This document shows positions 12,326 through 26,387 of a stretch of DNA of 64,000 bases, in pieces; position 1 is the first letter of the stretch, and each line of letters opens with the position of its first letter. This DNA is from Octopus sinensis (Eukaryota): NCBI RefSeq assembly GCF_006345805.1, contig NC_042998.1, forward strand, positions 124,062,001-124,126,000, written 5' to 3'. The notes under the pieces are model-generated. The model did no database searches. It was not told where the DNA came from and was given only the letters and a program-made list of their open reading frames with translations. The position numbers and the translations under genes were made by a program.

Positions 12326-13592
12326 TATATATATATATTTGTTTCAACATTAGAGAATTATATAAACAACTGTTAATCATAAGAATGAAAATCAGAAAGC
12401 GAATGAGCAAAGTTATATTGGAGTAATATGATTTTGCTCTTTAGTCTCAAGTCATCTGCGATTTGGCGGATCAATAACAAGAATAAAGGATTTAAATTGG
12501 AACCTGAAAACCCATTTTTGTGAAACATTTTATGAACATATATCTCGTGTTGCAAAACAGTGAAAAGCTAGATAATCTTCATTTTCCCTTGTATATGCAT
12601 ACTCACGCGCTATTACTCAATCACCACCACCACCTCACACACACTCACAAAGATTCACATAGCGAGTTAGAGAAAATATTGTCTCTTCCTCATGTCTTAA
12701 AGAAAATTTTCGCAATTATATTCATAGCAGAATTGTTTGGTGAAAAAAAATGAAGATTAATTTTAATGAATAAATATTTCAATTAATTAGAAAGCTATAA
12801 TGTATTTTAAACATATAAAGTGACATAGCTTTTGTTTATCAGTTTTAGGTCAATTGACAACAGAGACTAAAGCGAACTTGAAATATTATTTTATATTATC
12901 TAATTACGTTTCTAACGTTCTCATTTCTGCTGAATTAGTGTTGCCAACACTAAATGCATTTCATTAACATATATTTTCAATCGAAGATATATGTTAATGA
13001 AATGTGTTTAGTGTGGGCAACACTAATTCAGGCACTCCTACAAAAGAAAGAACTAGACTATGCCTGAAAAATCATAACAGTTTAAAGCAGACGGAAGGCG
13101 TTTTTTCTAAGTTCAACGGATGATGATGGGTTGTTGCTAAACTACTACTAGCAGTAAATAATATTCAGAATAGTTTTCTGAGTGTGATGGAAATGAGAAA
13201 TGGAATTCCGGTCTGGAAGAGAATAGTGCAATTTAACACGTATTTTCTATGCTTCGTCTCAGAGAGAGGCCTAATGTTTAAGGAGACATCACATTCTTAA
13301 CAGTCATTTGTCACATGAAACAACGATTGAATTCTGACGAAGTGAGAGATGTGGAGATGTTCTATCGAACCCATCATCGGAACATCACCTGATGTCGTCT
13401 GGAACGCCGTTACTTTCCTAAATCTTCTAAAGAAGATTGTGTGAGGCATGTCGTAATTCATATAGTAAACAGTTTACCACGAAGCCTAATTTCACAGCGA
13501 TATTTATTAAATATAGTATATAGATATACGGATAACCCTTACTTCACACATTCGACTTCTTCACATACTTTCATTTTACATGTGCATATATA

Positions 13593-13754
13593 GGCGCAGG
13601 AGTGGCTGTGTGGTAAGTAGCTTGGTAACCAACCACATGGTTCCGGGTTCAGACCCACTGCGTGGCATCTTGGGCAAGTGTCTTCTGCTATAGCCCCGGG
13701 CCGACCAATGCCTTGTGAGTGGATTTGGTAGACGGAAACTGAAAGAAGCCTGTC

Positions 13755-13816
<62 letters not shown>

Positions 13817-14031
13817 ATGTGTTTGTGTTTGTCCCCCTAACATTGCTTGACAATCGATGCTAGTGTGTTTACGTCCCCGTCACTTAGCGGTTCGGCACAA
13901 GAGATCGATAGAATAAGTACTGGGCTTACAAAGAATAAGTCCTGGGGTCGATTTGCTCGACTAAAGGCGGTGCTCCAGCATGGCCGCAGTCAAATGACTG
14001 AAACAAGTAAAAGAGTAAAGAGTAAAGAGTA
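13593..14031 (+). mobile_element. tRNA-derived SINE, type A (octopus-like), full length with internal (TA)n
   Basis: A-box-like TGGCTGTGTGG and B-box-like GGTTCAGACCC head; body CTTGGGCAAGTGTCTT; (GAGTAAA)n tail. A reverse-complement copy is at ~50030-50390. Confidence 0.85.
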
Positions 14032-15579
14032 TATATTTATATATCCATACTTCCTATTTCTTACCCTATCCCTGTGTGTCGTTTATGCATCTTCCTGGGA
14101 ATCTCTTAATCCTATTTATTTTCCATGGCCTGGAAGTTAGTTTGCAACATTCCATTACACTTCTCCTTTCTCTCCGAAGCAGCACATTTACCGAAAATCG
14201 CACACCTCTCCATACCACACACATATGTCTTATGTTACATATATTATTATCCGCGATTTGATCTTAGCAAGGAAGAGACCGCTACTAACTACCGTAATTC
14301 ATTTTGTTCTGAATGCTACTGATTCTACCATCCAATGCCATCAAGTTGATAAATCTATAAAATAAATTTCGTTTTAGATACTGAAATAAAATTTCAAGAT
14401 GTTAGTTCCTGAATATTCTTAAATGATTTCATCAATCTTCAAAAAATGAATATCGAAAATTATTACTCATAAAAAAGAAAGTTAATTGCCTTCGCTATCA
14501 TATTTAATATTCTGAATGAGGCTTTGTGGTACATTTGTCAGAAAGTTTTCAGAGGTTATTAAATTGGAAGTACTGGATGACATTAAACGCGGAAATATAT
14601 AAACTAGTGCAATTTGGTGTAGAGAGAGTTGAATCTTAATGCACAAAATTAGTTTAAAACTTAACTTGAATACTTTGAGATAGAAAACAAAATATGGGGA
14701 GAAGAACATAAAATGCTGCTGCAGTGTATTGTCATCAAATTAAAATTAGATAAAGTTTTGTATGAGAAAAAGATGATTTCGATAATTATTACCTCTAAAT
14801 TAATTGAAATATGTAAGTTATGTCAGGAGTATAAAAGAAACGCTTCCTTTGATAATATTTATCCATTATGCTTGATAACATTTTATGTATCCTTCTATGA
14901 AGATTGATATGTGAATATTCATCGCTTGAAGAAAAATTTGAACAATTTAACACGAAGAGAACTTCCTTAAAGAGATGTAAGAATAAAAGCATATTTTATA
15001 TATCAATGTAGTAGGGAACGGAGTGGTACAATAAATATGTGCACCTTCTCTCTCAAAGGAATATTAGAAACAACTTCAGTGCTACATATTCAACGTTAGA
15101 GAAGATATCGTAAAAAACAAAAAAAACATACTTCCTACTTGGTCTGTAATAAAAACAAAAATGATTTTAACTGCATACTACATCACGAAGGCCGGAATCT
15201 GATACAAAACTTTTAGTTTTGGCAAGGGCTACATCTTACTGGGGAAAGAAAAATGGTACCTGCTACTAAATAAAAGTGTGTATTCAATCAGTGAAGAGAC
15301 AGGTGAGACGTTTCATCCATAGCAACAGCGGTGATCAGACATTCGTAATTCAGTTTAACGTCTTATTTAATTACTTTTCTAGATCGTGACTGATACAGAG
15401 AGAACCAGACACAGATCTTGAACGAAGTTAAGTTAAATCGGTACGGTATCGGTATGGTGCCATCTTTTAATCTGAGATATATCGATGCAACTATAGTCAA
15501 TATCTAGTTGGTGACAGACTAAGATTTACTCAGATTCAACGGATTTATGTGAATACACGCGCACACACACACATATATT

Positions 15580-15593
15580 TGTATGTATATAGT

Positions 15594-15629
<36 letters not shown>

Positions 15630-15700
15630 ATATGTGTGTGTGTGTGTGCGAGTGTGTGTGTATGTGTGTTTAAGTGTGATTTACATATGTTTCTGTGTGT

Positions 15701-15766
<66 letters not shown>

Positions 15767-15850
15767 GTATATAAATATACATACATGCATACATAGATAC
15801 ATACATACATACATGCATACATACATACATGCATACATACATATAGATAT
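15580..15850. repeat. Compound (TA)n/(TG)n/(ATAC)n microsatellite
   Basis: Direct sequence. Confidence 0.9.
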
Positions 15851-16281
15851 AATTATAAGTATAATTTAGTCATTCGGTGAAATAATAAATCAGTTGAAAG
15901 ATCACGTTAACAATGTCGATCGTAGACTTGTTTTTCATTTTGTCGAAAGCCTGTCATATCAAATTATTAAAGGGAAGCCGTAAATTGTCGCTAGATATAC
16001 TATTAAAATTGCCCTCGAATCGCTTTGTAGCGTCTTACCACTATAAGAAATTCATATGTTATTTAACGTAGACTGGTATACAGTTATGTCTAACAAAATG
16101 TAATCAAAATCGCCGCGGTTGCAGTACAGTTACAAACATACCTTTCTCGAAAAAAGTTGGAGTTCTGTGAATGAAAGGAATCATGGCGAGGCATTGGCAA
16201 AATTAGCGTATAAGACACAATGTCATTTGTTTCAGTTCTTCTCTTCGAAGTCAACCCTGCCTTTCATTTTTAAGGATCAAT

Positions 16282-16365
<84 letters not shown>

Positions 16366-16461
16366 ATAGCACGTATACAAACATTTAATGTATTATATTA
16401 ATTCTCTTCCACATTAAATTCTAGGTGTTGTTTCTAATTTTGTACTATCATAAGTAGTAGC

Positions 16462-16670
16462 AAAAGGTGGCAAGCTCTCATAAACTTTAGCACGCCAGGC
16501 CAACTGCACTTGGTCCGTCTTTAATTTCTGAGCTTAAATTCCGCTGAAGTCGATTTTGTCTTTCATCCTTTTCAGCTAGATAAGATATGTACCAGTTGAT
16601 GACTGGGGTCGATGTAATTTATTTAGTCCCTCCCCCGAAATGATGCCTTGTGCCAAAATTTGAAACCACT
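16462..16670 (+). mobile_element. Diverged SINE, type B
   Basis: Matches units at 20948-21935 (TCTGAG.T.AAATTCCGC.GA.GTCGA..TTG.CTTTCATCC...ACTGGGGTCGAT). Confidence 0.75.
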
Positions 16671-16689
16671 AATCCTAGTAGTAATAAGG

Positions 16690-17835
16690 CTGCTGATTCG
16701 CAGAATTTCATATATGAACAAGTCACATCAGTTATCATGAAAACGCTATGCTACGTCCTATATCAATCCTATATCTACGATAACTACTCTTCACGAATAA
16801 CGATTTAGACTAAATTCGTTATAGCCAACCAATGGCATTCTAGTCTGCTCCTTACGTATTATCCTGCGCCAGCTACATTATATTTTCTACAGTCAAAGAG
16901 GACGAAGATCTTGGTTTTCTTACTTTTCTATTCTTTCTTCTCGTTCCACTTCTTGCACTAATCTTCACGATTTTTCTTTTCGTTTTGTCTTATATATTTC
17001 CATAGTCCAGCGTCCTGGTTTTTGAATACATTTAACGTTATGAACTGAGTGTGAAATACACGCACATACACGGCACACCATATAAATCTGCCAATTTAAT
17101 GTGTCCTAAAGTATAAAACTACTAGTAGCTCTTTTGTATTTGTGTATATTAAATGATATTTCTCTCTCGACGGATTACTAGTTAGTTGATCCTACATATA
17201 TTTAAACCGTAAACCACATACACACAGACACGCATATATATATAGTTAATCCAAACACGAAAACACAAAGAGAAAACACAACAACGCGAGGACGTGGAAC
17301 AAATATAGTATTATTGGACGCTCAGGAAGGAAGGAAAGAAGGGGGGTTTTATGTTTCGAGCGGAGCTCTTCGTCAAAGATCCAGAGATGGGAAGACGGAG
17401 GAAAAAAATCGCCAACGGTACACACGCGGTCACATTTTGAATATATGAAATACATTTTAGATATACCTCTCTATTCGTGGTACACGTAACTAAATAACTG
17501 AAACTGGAAACAACTGATGATGATCACTTATGAACATTCTTCATGAAATACAGTGCAATACAGGATCCAAACATTTTACTTAATCACTGGTCATGAAACA
17601 ATTCAGTATAAACCAAAAATCGCGGTAATGATACTGGTACATACCCAGACATATTAACACTAGTAAAAAGGGTGTTGCTGATTCGCAAAATGTCACATAT
17701 GACTACCTATTATCAGCTATCACACAAGCGCTATGCTGCTTTATATATCGATCCTGCATCTACTATAACTACCCTTAACGAAGAACGATTTAGACTAAAT
17801 GCGTTCTAGCCAACTAATGATACTCTCCTCTGATC
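16690..17835 (+). repeat. Two diverged copies of a ~160-bp dispersed repeat (16690-16850 and 17675-17835)
   Basis: Shared GCTGATTCGCA...GCTATGCT...AACGATTTAGACTAAAT.CGTT.TAGCCAAC. Confidence 0.75.
17255..17450 (-). mobile_element. Penelope-type terminal fragment with a degenerate hammerhead-like motif
   Basis: Minus strand TTGACGA-A-GAGC-TCC-GCTC-GAAA-CATA (17376-17350), the same architecture as the motif at 30651. Confidence 0.4.
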
Positions 17836-18960
17836 CTTCGTGACCACAGGTGAGCCGTCTACATATCCTTTGTCACCCATGTGATTCCTTCTCGCATCTT
17901 GCCAAAAAATATTTAAGCTATTCTTTTATTCTTCTATATGTTTCAGCCTTGAGACTGTGGCCATGCTGGGGCACCGCCAGTAAAATATATATAGCATATG
18001 CTGATATTACATGAAAGTAAAGGCTTTCGAATATAACAAGAACGTTTCCATTTCTTATGGCAAATACATAATCAAGAAGACCCAATTCTTATTTCTTTCT
18101 TGATAAATTATCGAACGATTAGAAAAGATAGAAAATATAGCAAATATAACAAACTTGATTGCAGTAATTTCATCGATGTAGAAAAGAAAATTGATCATTT
18201 TTATTTGGATGAAAAGTATTTCTGTATATATTTGATAACTATTAATTATATTTATAATATTGTTATTATGAAAGAGAAATAAGTACTATCCATTTGATAA
18301 ATTTAGTATACTAATATTTAAATTATCCTCCCATAGGGAAAAATGGTTTCGTTAGTCAAAATAAAGATCAGACAAGAGGTTTATTAGAACTTATCCGTTG
18401 ATTTAGAAACGGAGCTTGCATAGAATTTTGGATAAAAACGTACGGAATTTTATTGGCGAATAGAGAAATGATTGCGAAATATAATGGGATACAATCGCCA
18501 GGTAAAGAAATCATAAAATTGGTATATACAAGAGGCTATAAATATTTAACTAAAGTAGAGCTGTAAAACATGAAGGGATGTGACATAAAATAACTTCTTA
18601 GGGTTTAACTGTATGATAAATGACACCCATAAATAGAGCTGTTAACACGTAAGCTATATTTCATTTGAAGGAATCCTTAAATGAAATAAAAAAAGATAAC
18701 GCTTATTTAGATAGCATCACATAAAAAGCAATGACTCTGTACGGATTGTTATACTCCAAAAGTGATGCTAACAGGTTCTGTCTCAAATCGGAGATAAATG
18801 CAGTTTAACTTGCGAATAATATATATAGAGTTATAACTGCTGTAGCATAGCACGAAGAAAGTCAACAATAGTTTTTGGGCAGAATTACACACACCACGCG
18901 CGATAGAATAAATACTGATGTAAAAAGAAACACGAAACTAAAGGGGGTCTATATTCCCCA

Positions 18961-19010
<50 letters not shown>

Positions 19011-19229
19011 AAAAGAAAGTAATGCCGCACACACCTTAGGAACATGAAGGTGAATCGGGTAGTTCAAAAACTCACATAAACCCACCAAAAGAAAGAAATA
19101 ACAATGATGAATGCCGAATTTATCATCATCACCATCCTTATCATCATCACCACCACCATCATCATCATCATTATCATCGTCATCATCATCCTCATCATCA
19201 CCGCCTCTACCATCATCGCATCTTTGCAA

Positions 19230-20030
19230 CGAACATCACCAACTACTTGTCACAAGAGTTTCCTCTATGCGTTGCATTTCGTAAGCCGCTCTTCAGTATA
19301 TCAGAGTGTTCAACCAGTTGGCAGTTAAACGTTCGGGCAGAGCACAATTCGTCCACTTCTTGGTTACCAGGAAGATACGGTTAGGCTTGTGACCCACCTA
19401 GATAGATGACCGTCCATAGTTTACCTGATCTCTTGGTGTACTTAATGGTAAAATTGTTCATATCACATTCAGTTATAACATTCAGAAAAAGCTGGTTGCT
19501 CCTGTTGGCTTACACTTCTCTACACAGTCATATCAAAAACTATTGTACTAAAATAGTTGTGGGACCTACTTCATGATACTGCCGATGTCACTGTAAAATT
19601 CTTCAGCTGCTGAATCTTTCGATGTGTTTCTTGGACTATAGTAGCAAGTAGTACCGATTTGCAGGATTGTTATTAAAAGTTGCAATCATTGAAGGAATGA
19701 TAAGATCTACATTCATCAAAGATCTGCAGGATTTCGGGCTGATTACGGTACCCACTGCGCTAATATTTGAATTTCACGTAAATTTTGTGGCCGATCCAGA
19801 GTCAACCTTCCAGCATCTGCTGATGTCGTGCGCCATGTATGCCTCATTTTTCGTGGTAAAAAGCTTTGGCCCTGAGTAGAGATGGCATCGATTCTGCTTT
19901 CCTCTCATATAGCTGCAGTTTAATAGCGACTAAAATTTGTTGTAACCGCTTAGCAATGACAGTCGATATGAGCGAGACTCTTTTTGGTCTCAACAATTTA
20001 GCAGTTTTAAACCAGTAGCTTACATTTCGT
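19230..20030 (-). mobile_element. Decayed RTE/RTEX-like LINE AP-endonuclease fragment
   Basis: Minus strand with stops and frameshifts: VGTVISPKS...MIATFNNNP...YSPRNTS...EEFYSDI...KRSGKLWT...KWTNCA. Confidence 0.7.
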
Positions 20031-20947
20031 TCCCAACCTGAACTTGCCTTTGAGGGACGGGCTCCTTCTCGAACCGCGTTTCAAGCGATGCGGTATTCTC
20101 GGTTATCAACGTTATTAGTCACTGTGTTTTTCTGTTGCATGAAGAGATACATTTAGAGTGCCCTTCTAATGAATACTTTATCTCATTGCCCTTGATAGTT
20201 TCTAGGTGATCCAGCAAAAATAACTGTATGATAGTCCATAATAACAGTCATTCCGAAATTTATAATAAATCGTAAAGATTAAGATTAATAAAAATAATAC
20301 AAAGACTCGGTGTAATTCATTAAGCCTTATAAATTTTTAACATGAAAATAAATGTATGAAACATTTTTTGAAATTTATGAGTGAATCTGTAAATGTTAAT
20401 AATTAATGGTCATGGATAACATAATCACACTAAAATACTTCAGTATGAGTAAAGCACTTCAAGTCAAATATTATGCTTGTTTGCTAAAGAAATACGTAAT
20501 GTCTCGATAATTACTAAGTTTCGAGATAGATGATACAAAGGGATAAACGTTTTAACAAATACATTTCTTAAACCTTGTTCTACTTGTGTTGTCTTGTTTC
20601 TACTCATAGTATATACGCGTGAATGTTTATGTGTGTGGTGTGCGCGCGCGCGTCTGTGTGTGCGCACGTGTGTATGTGTACGTCTGTGCGTGTTTATATA
20701 TGTAATGTTTGTATGTTTCTTTCAATATTGGAAATTGAAATACATGAATTTGCAAACTATTATTATTTTATAGCTTCATCCACTTCAAGTTCCACCGTTA
20801 AAAATATATCACTTTTATCGTATTTCTTTAAATTTCCAAAAATCTTAAGATGTAGACAATATAAAGTTCTCAGTTGTAAAAGCAAGGCTTTTAAAAGGAA
20901 TGGATTAAATGTGAAGTGTTTCTTTGGTATTGTACTAAAATATGTAA

Positions 20948-21935
20948 AGGGGCGAGCTGGTAGAAACGTTAGCATGCCGGGCGAAATGCGTAGCCGTATT
21001 TCGTGTGCCTTCACGTTCTGAGTTCAAATTCCGCCGAGGTCGACTTTGCCTTTCATCCTTTCGGAGTCGATAAATTAAGTACCAGTTACGCACTGGGGTC
21101 GATATAATCGAATTAATCCGTCTGTCTGTCTTTGTTTGTGTCCTCTGTGTTTAACCCCTTGTGGGTAGTAAAGAAATAGGTAGTTCGTCTGCCATTACGT
21201 TCTGAGTTCAAATTCCGCCGAGGTCAACTTTGCCTTTCATACTTTCGGGGTCGATTAAATAAGTACCAATTACGCACCGGGGTCGATATAATCGACGTAA
21301 TCCGTTTGTCTGTCCTTGTTTGTCCTCTCTGTGTTTAGCTCCTTCTCGGTAGTAAAGAAATATGTAGTTCGTCTGCCGTTACGTTCTGAGTTGAAATTCC
21401 ACCGAGGTTGACTTTGCCTTTCATCCTTTCGGGGTTGATAAATTAAATACCAGTTACGCACTGGGGTCGATGTAATCGACTTAATCCATTTGTCTGTCCT
21501 TGTTTGTCCTCTCTGTGTTTAGCCCCTTGTGGGTAGTAAAGAAATAGGTATTTCATCTGCCGTTACGTTCTGATTTCCAATTCCGCCGAGGTCGACTTTG
21601 CCTTTCATCCTTTCGGGGTCGATTAAATAATTACCAGTTACGCACTGGGGTCGATATAATCGTCTTAATCCCTTTGTATGTCCTTGTTTGTCCCCTTCAT
21701 GTTTAGCCCCTTGTGGGCAATAAAGAAATAAGAAACGTTAGCACGCCGGGTGAAATGCTTAGCATTTTTTCGTCTGTCTTTACGGTCTGAGTTCAAATTC
21801 CGCCGAGGGCGACTTTGCTTTTCATCGTTGCGGGGTCAATAAATTAAGCACCAGTTGCGTAGTGGGGTCGATCTCATCGACTCCAGTCCACCCCCACCCC
21901 CCGCAAAAGAAATTCGGGCCCAGAGTAGAAAAAAT
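20948..21935 (+). repeat. Head-to-tail array of five type-B SINE units (~185 bp period)
   Basis: The TTCTGAGTTCAAATTCCGCCGAGG anchor recurs at ~21017, 21200, 21385, 21568 and 21786. The first unit has a full tRNA-like head; the fifth has a near-complete head. Confidence 0.92.
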
Positions 21936-21950
21936 TACTATAAAACATGT

Positions 21951-22280
21951 GAAGTTGCGTGGCTTAGTGGTTGGGGTATTCGGCTTACGATTTTACTGCC
22001 GAGAGACTGATTCCTGGAGGCGCATTGTGCCCTTGAGCAAACACTTTATTTCATGTTTCTCTAGTTCATTCAGCTAGCATAAATGACTAGTACCGATATG
22101 TTAAGTGACCAGCCATATCGTATTTTGTATCCCGCTACATTTCCCTGCGATCTACGCTAAGGGCACGCCCCGTGACTTTAGAGTGCTCAGCCACTTGCAC
22201 ATTAATTTCCCGAGTAGGCTGTTTTGTTGAGTAAAACAACTGCAACCCTAGTCGTCGTAAACAACGGAGTGTCACTAGCA
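21951..22280 (+). mobile_element. tRNA-derived SINE, type C
   Basis: Head GTGGCTTAGTGGTT...; core CCCTTGAGCAAACACTTTATTTCA; a related minus copy is at ~55490-55740. Confidence 0.7.
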
Positions 22281-22439
22281 TATTTGCTGTGTTCACACTA
22301 AATAAGGGCTTCGATAGTCTTCAATATTTTCCGTGTACATTGCTTTTAATTCAATATACATGTTAAAAAAGAAAAACGGTATGTTCTCGAGAGGTTTCTA
22401 AAATTTATATATGTATGTGTGTGTGCTTGAATACTATTT

Positions 22440-22690
22440 ACTTGTTTAAATCATTGGCCTGCGGTCATGCAGGCGGCCATGCAAGCGGCCATGTAGGCGG
22501 TCGTTTCCAAGGGTATTTAGTCGAACGAATCGATCGTCTGTACTGATTGTCTTTTAAAGGCTAGTACTTATACTATCGTATCTTTTGTTCTCCCGTTAAG
22601 TGACATGGACGTTAATAAAGCAAGACCGGTTGTAATGTGGTGGTGGGGGACAAGTACAAACAGAAACTCAATTCAAACACAAACACACAC
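22440..22690 (-). mobile_element. Degenerate type-A SINE 3' half
   Basis: Reverse complement resembles 13820-14010. Confidence 0.55.
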
Positions 22691-22996
22691 GCGCATACAT
22701 GTATGTATGTATATGTATATATGTATACATATATTTACACACTTACATATATATAAATTTATTATTATATATGCATTCTTATATGAATTTATAAATTGTA
22801 TTTACAAATATACAGGTGTCTATATATATATGCTCGAAATAAGGAGTAGAAGGACAGCCGACAACTGATGAAGGTTCGTTTTTTTTATGTTACTTGTCTT
22901 GTTCTCCATTTGTTTTTGTCGCTGTTCGGGTATCCTACTTTATTTTCGTATTTCATGTTGTTTACGTTTTGTTTGCATATATGTGTGTATATATGC

Positions 22997-23029
<33 letters not shown>

Positions 23030-23209
23030 CATTATTGGTGAATTGAAGAATAATAATGTTTTAATTTCAATTATCCGCACCAACGCACGGTTGCAACGCC
23101 AGATGGTTGTACCTCCAACCGTGCTGTTTACTGCTGTGATTTTTGCTACTAAGGTATCGGTTAAACTTTTGATTAATCTACTACAAGATTATTCATCTTT
23201 CTATTTCAC

Positions 23210-23283
<74 letters not shown>

Positions 23284-23774
23284 TATATTATATGTATATA
23301 TATATACTTGCATATATATCATATGTGCTTATTTTATCACATGCATGTACTTATATATGTATATGTGTGTGTGCGCGTGTGTGTGTGCGTGTGTATGCAT
23401 GTGTGTGTATGTCTGTTTCTATAAACATTTACCCAATAATTGTAAGTTGGAGAAAATATATGTTGCCGGACTCATGATTCACTCTCAGTCTTCTCTTTGG
23501 TTGTTTATTGTAAATGGCTGCACATAACTTCAATGAGTGAAGAGATACTGTTTATAGCGACTTCGAAGTTTCAGCCAGTCGGACTGCTTGACTGGGCGAA
23601 ATTTCAAAGTCACTGTCAACAATGTCATTGTTAAGGAATAAATTTACACTCTACAAAAGTATACAGTAACTTTAGATTAATGTAAAAAATTTTTATTATA
23701 ACATAAATACACACACACACACACATATATATATACACATACGAATAAATAAATACATATATAGCTTGAGAGAG

Positions 23775-23810
<36 letters not shown>

Positions 23811-24694
23811 TTTAGGTCTCTATATATTTTTATTTTCCTTAGCTTAGAGGCCGGCGTCACATGCGCTTTTCCTTAACTCTATTGAACGTATTGCTTTCAA
23901 CCAGACATCAATAAGAAAATAAGAAAATAAGATTTGATAGCTATAATTTGAAAATATGTTTTTGGTGAAGTGCTTAATAGACTGCTTTTAAAAAGGAAAC
24001 CAAAATACATAGGAAAAAAATGAAGCAATTTGAAAGTTTAAAAAAATAAGACCATGTATACGTCCAGGCGTAGGTTTGTGTGTGAGAGACTTCTTGTACT
24101 AAAACTGGAAATATTTCCTCTCAAATGTTTACTTTAAGCCTATTTTATTCTCTCTTACGAACTGACACAAACTGTAATTGTAATAATCATTTAAATCATA
24201 AGGTAGTGATGAAATTATAGAAGTAAACCAAAATTTTGAACACTCGGTTTGGTAAGTAGGCTCAAAGCTTAGTTAGAATTATAAATACACGATTTGTTTC
24301 TGAATCGTTTTATTCTTACTTCCTTCCTCCGTTTTCTACGGCATGTCTTCCTATATTCTTTGTTTCTTTCTTCATTTCTTTTATTTATCTTTTTTTTCTT
24401 TTTACTTTGTATAGTTTCTTTATTTTTCCATTTTCACGTCTTTCTTTCGTTCGTTCTGCTACTCTCTCATTCTATCTGTATTTCTCATCTGTTTCTTTCT
24501 TTATAAGCTTTGGTTTCTGTCAGGTTTATCTAATTTGACGTTAAAGGAAAGAAATATTCTAAACATAAGTGGTTATAACACATAATACATGTAGAAATAT
24601 TAAAATATACAGAATAAAGCATAGACATAAAATATAAGTGTGCGTTAAAACGATATGCAAGAACAATCTTTTTCTCTATTAGTCACTGTAATAA

Positions 24695-24875
24695 GGCAGC
24701 GTGGAGGCAGATTATTTAGAGCGTTAGAAGAATGTTTGAAGGCTCTTTGTGTTCTGATTTCAATTCTCACTGAGGTCAGCTTAATCTTTTATCCCTCTGG
24801 GGACGATAAAATAAGATAACATTCAAATACTGGGCTCGATATCATCGGCTATCCCCTTCCTCTTAAGCATTGTTT
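24695..24875 (+). mobile_element. Degenerate type-B SINE
   Basis: TTCTGATTTCAATTCTCACTGAGGTCAGCTT...ACTGGGCTCGAT. Confidence 0.55.
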
Positions 24876-26387
24876 CCAAAACACACTAAATTATCAATCA
24901 TTCAACACACGCGAAATGTTATTTAAATGACTTGCTAGAATAACATTTATTACACCAGTCTGGTTGAACGTTACAGCAGTAATAAGTTTTCTTGCGGGCA
25001 ACCCACCTTCAATGGAATCTTACTTCCACTGCTTTTGTATCCTGCTGATATATTTATCCTTGGTCTTGAGTTAAATCACCAAAATGGAAAGTGACTAAAC
25101 GACTGCAGATCTTGATATCGTGGGCGGCAATTTTATTAAAATATAACATATTCTCTACTACTTCAATATTGGCTGCCATCGCCCGTTCAGTTCTTTATTG
25201 CAATGTGACGCTTACATTTACACTCCGGTGTTTCTTATTCTATTTCTCCATTTATACCAAATCTGCTATGCAATTTTCTCAATTACCACGATTTATAGCT
25301 CACTGAGTTGATGTTGCACTAAGTTTGTTGTTTATTCAGACTTCTTTACATTAATGTAGAAGAAAGTTTTCTTGTATTTTGAGAAATAATGATAATATAT
25401 AGCTGCGCGTGCATGTTAATCTCAAACGTGGTGGTGCATTATGTTGTATGGTAACAACACAAAAATGCAGTGATTCTAAGCAATAGACTTTACAATTTCA
25501 TATCCGTAGATCGTGACTAACATATTCTCACTAGTGAGTGCATATAAGTTCATATCGAAAATTATCTGTTTGTTTTCAACTGGATAAAAATGTTCCAATT
25601 ATGGTGCATAAACTTCCAAACGAAAAACAATATCATGTCCGCAGTATATAATCATTTCTTCTTTAATTCTCTTACAGGTTTTAGTCATTGGGCTGATAAC
25701 ATGACCATGTTTCTTCTGTAGGGTTTAGTCATTTCTACTGATCGCAGTTCTTACTTCAGTATGACAGTAATAATATTTTTTGTTTGAGTTGTTTGAAATT
25801 CCACACAGTGTTATGTTGATATATAACAAATGTATTTTTATTTATTATATTCAATCCCAGACACCTGGAAACAAATGTTTTCTGGGAAAATTTGTTATAT
25901 ATGAATTCTTTGTTTGTTTACATTTTGAAGCCCAAAATATTTAAATATATCTCATTTAGAAGACCGCAAAGTCTACCATAATTCCGTTAATAAACAGTGT
26001 CATTTCGTCACATCGAAACGTTTCACGCAACTGATGAGAATCAACTGTAACATTCGAACAATGTCGGTCGACATATGTTAAATTATTGGATGCGTTTACA
26101 CGTTTTCCTTGCAGTGGATTTTGTTTTACTATCATTCACTTGTTTGATTGTATTGTTGAAAACACTCATTCCGCAATCGAAATATCAGTGTTCGGATCTG
26201 TTTATTCTATTCTGCTTAGTTGTGTGCCTGATAAACATTTTGGACATGACTTCGTTGTGATTGCTCATGTGGTAGGAGTTATCATTGACTATAAAGAACA
26301 GATGCATAAGTGGGTAGTTATAGTTTAATATGGTTCTCTTTAATATGGTTCTCTTCATAAAGTATTGCTGATGACGTTCACACTCAC

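Noticed and set aside
13593-13670. tRNA gene-like head
   Set aside because: Continues into a SINE body and has no cloverleaf; all tRNA-like heads here are SINEs. No true tRNA or rRNA gene was seen.
16690-16850. HDV-like ribozyme hint (CTGCGAAT on the minus strand)
   Set aside because: Could not build the P1/P2/P3 pairings.
20948-21935. CRISPR-like regular repeats
   Set aside because: Eukaryotic context; ~185-bp whole-unit repeats with no unique spacers and no cas genes.
22860-22890. CTGATGA-AGG hammerhead half-core (also CTGACGA at ~13334)
   Set aside because: No stem II plus GAAA partner downstream.
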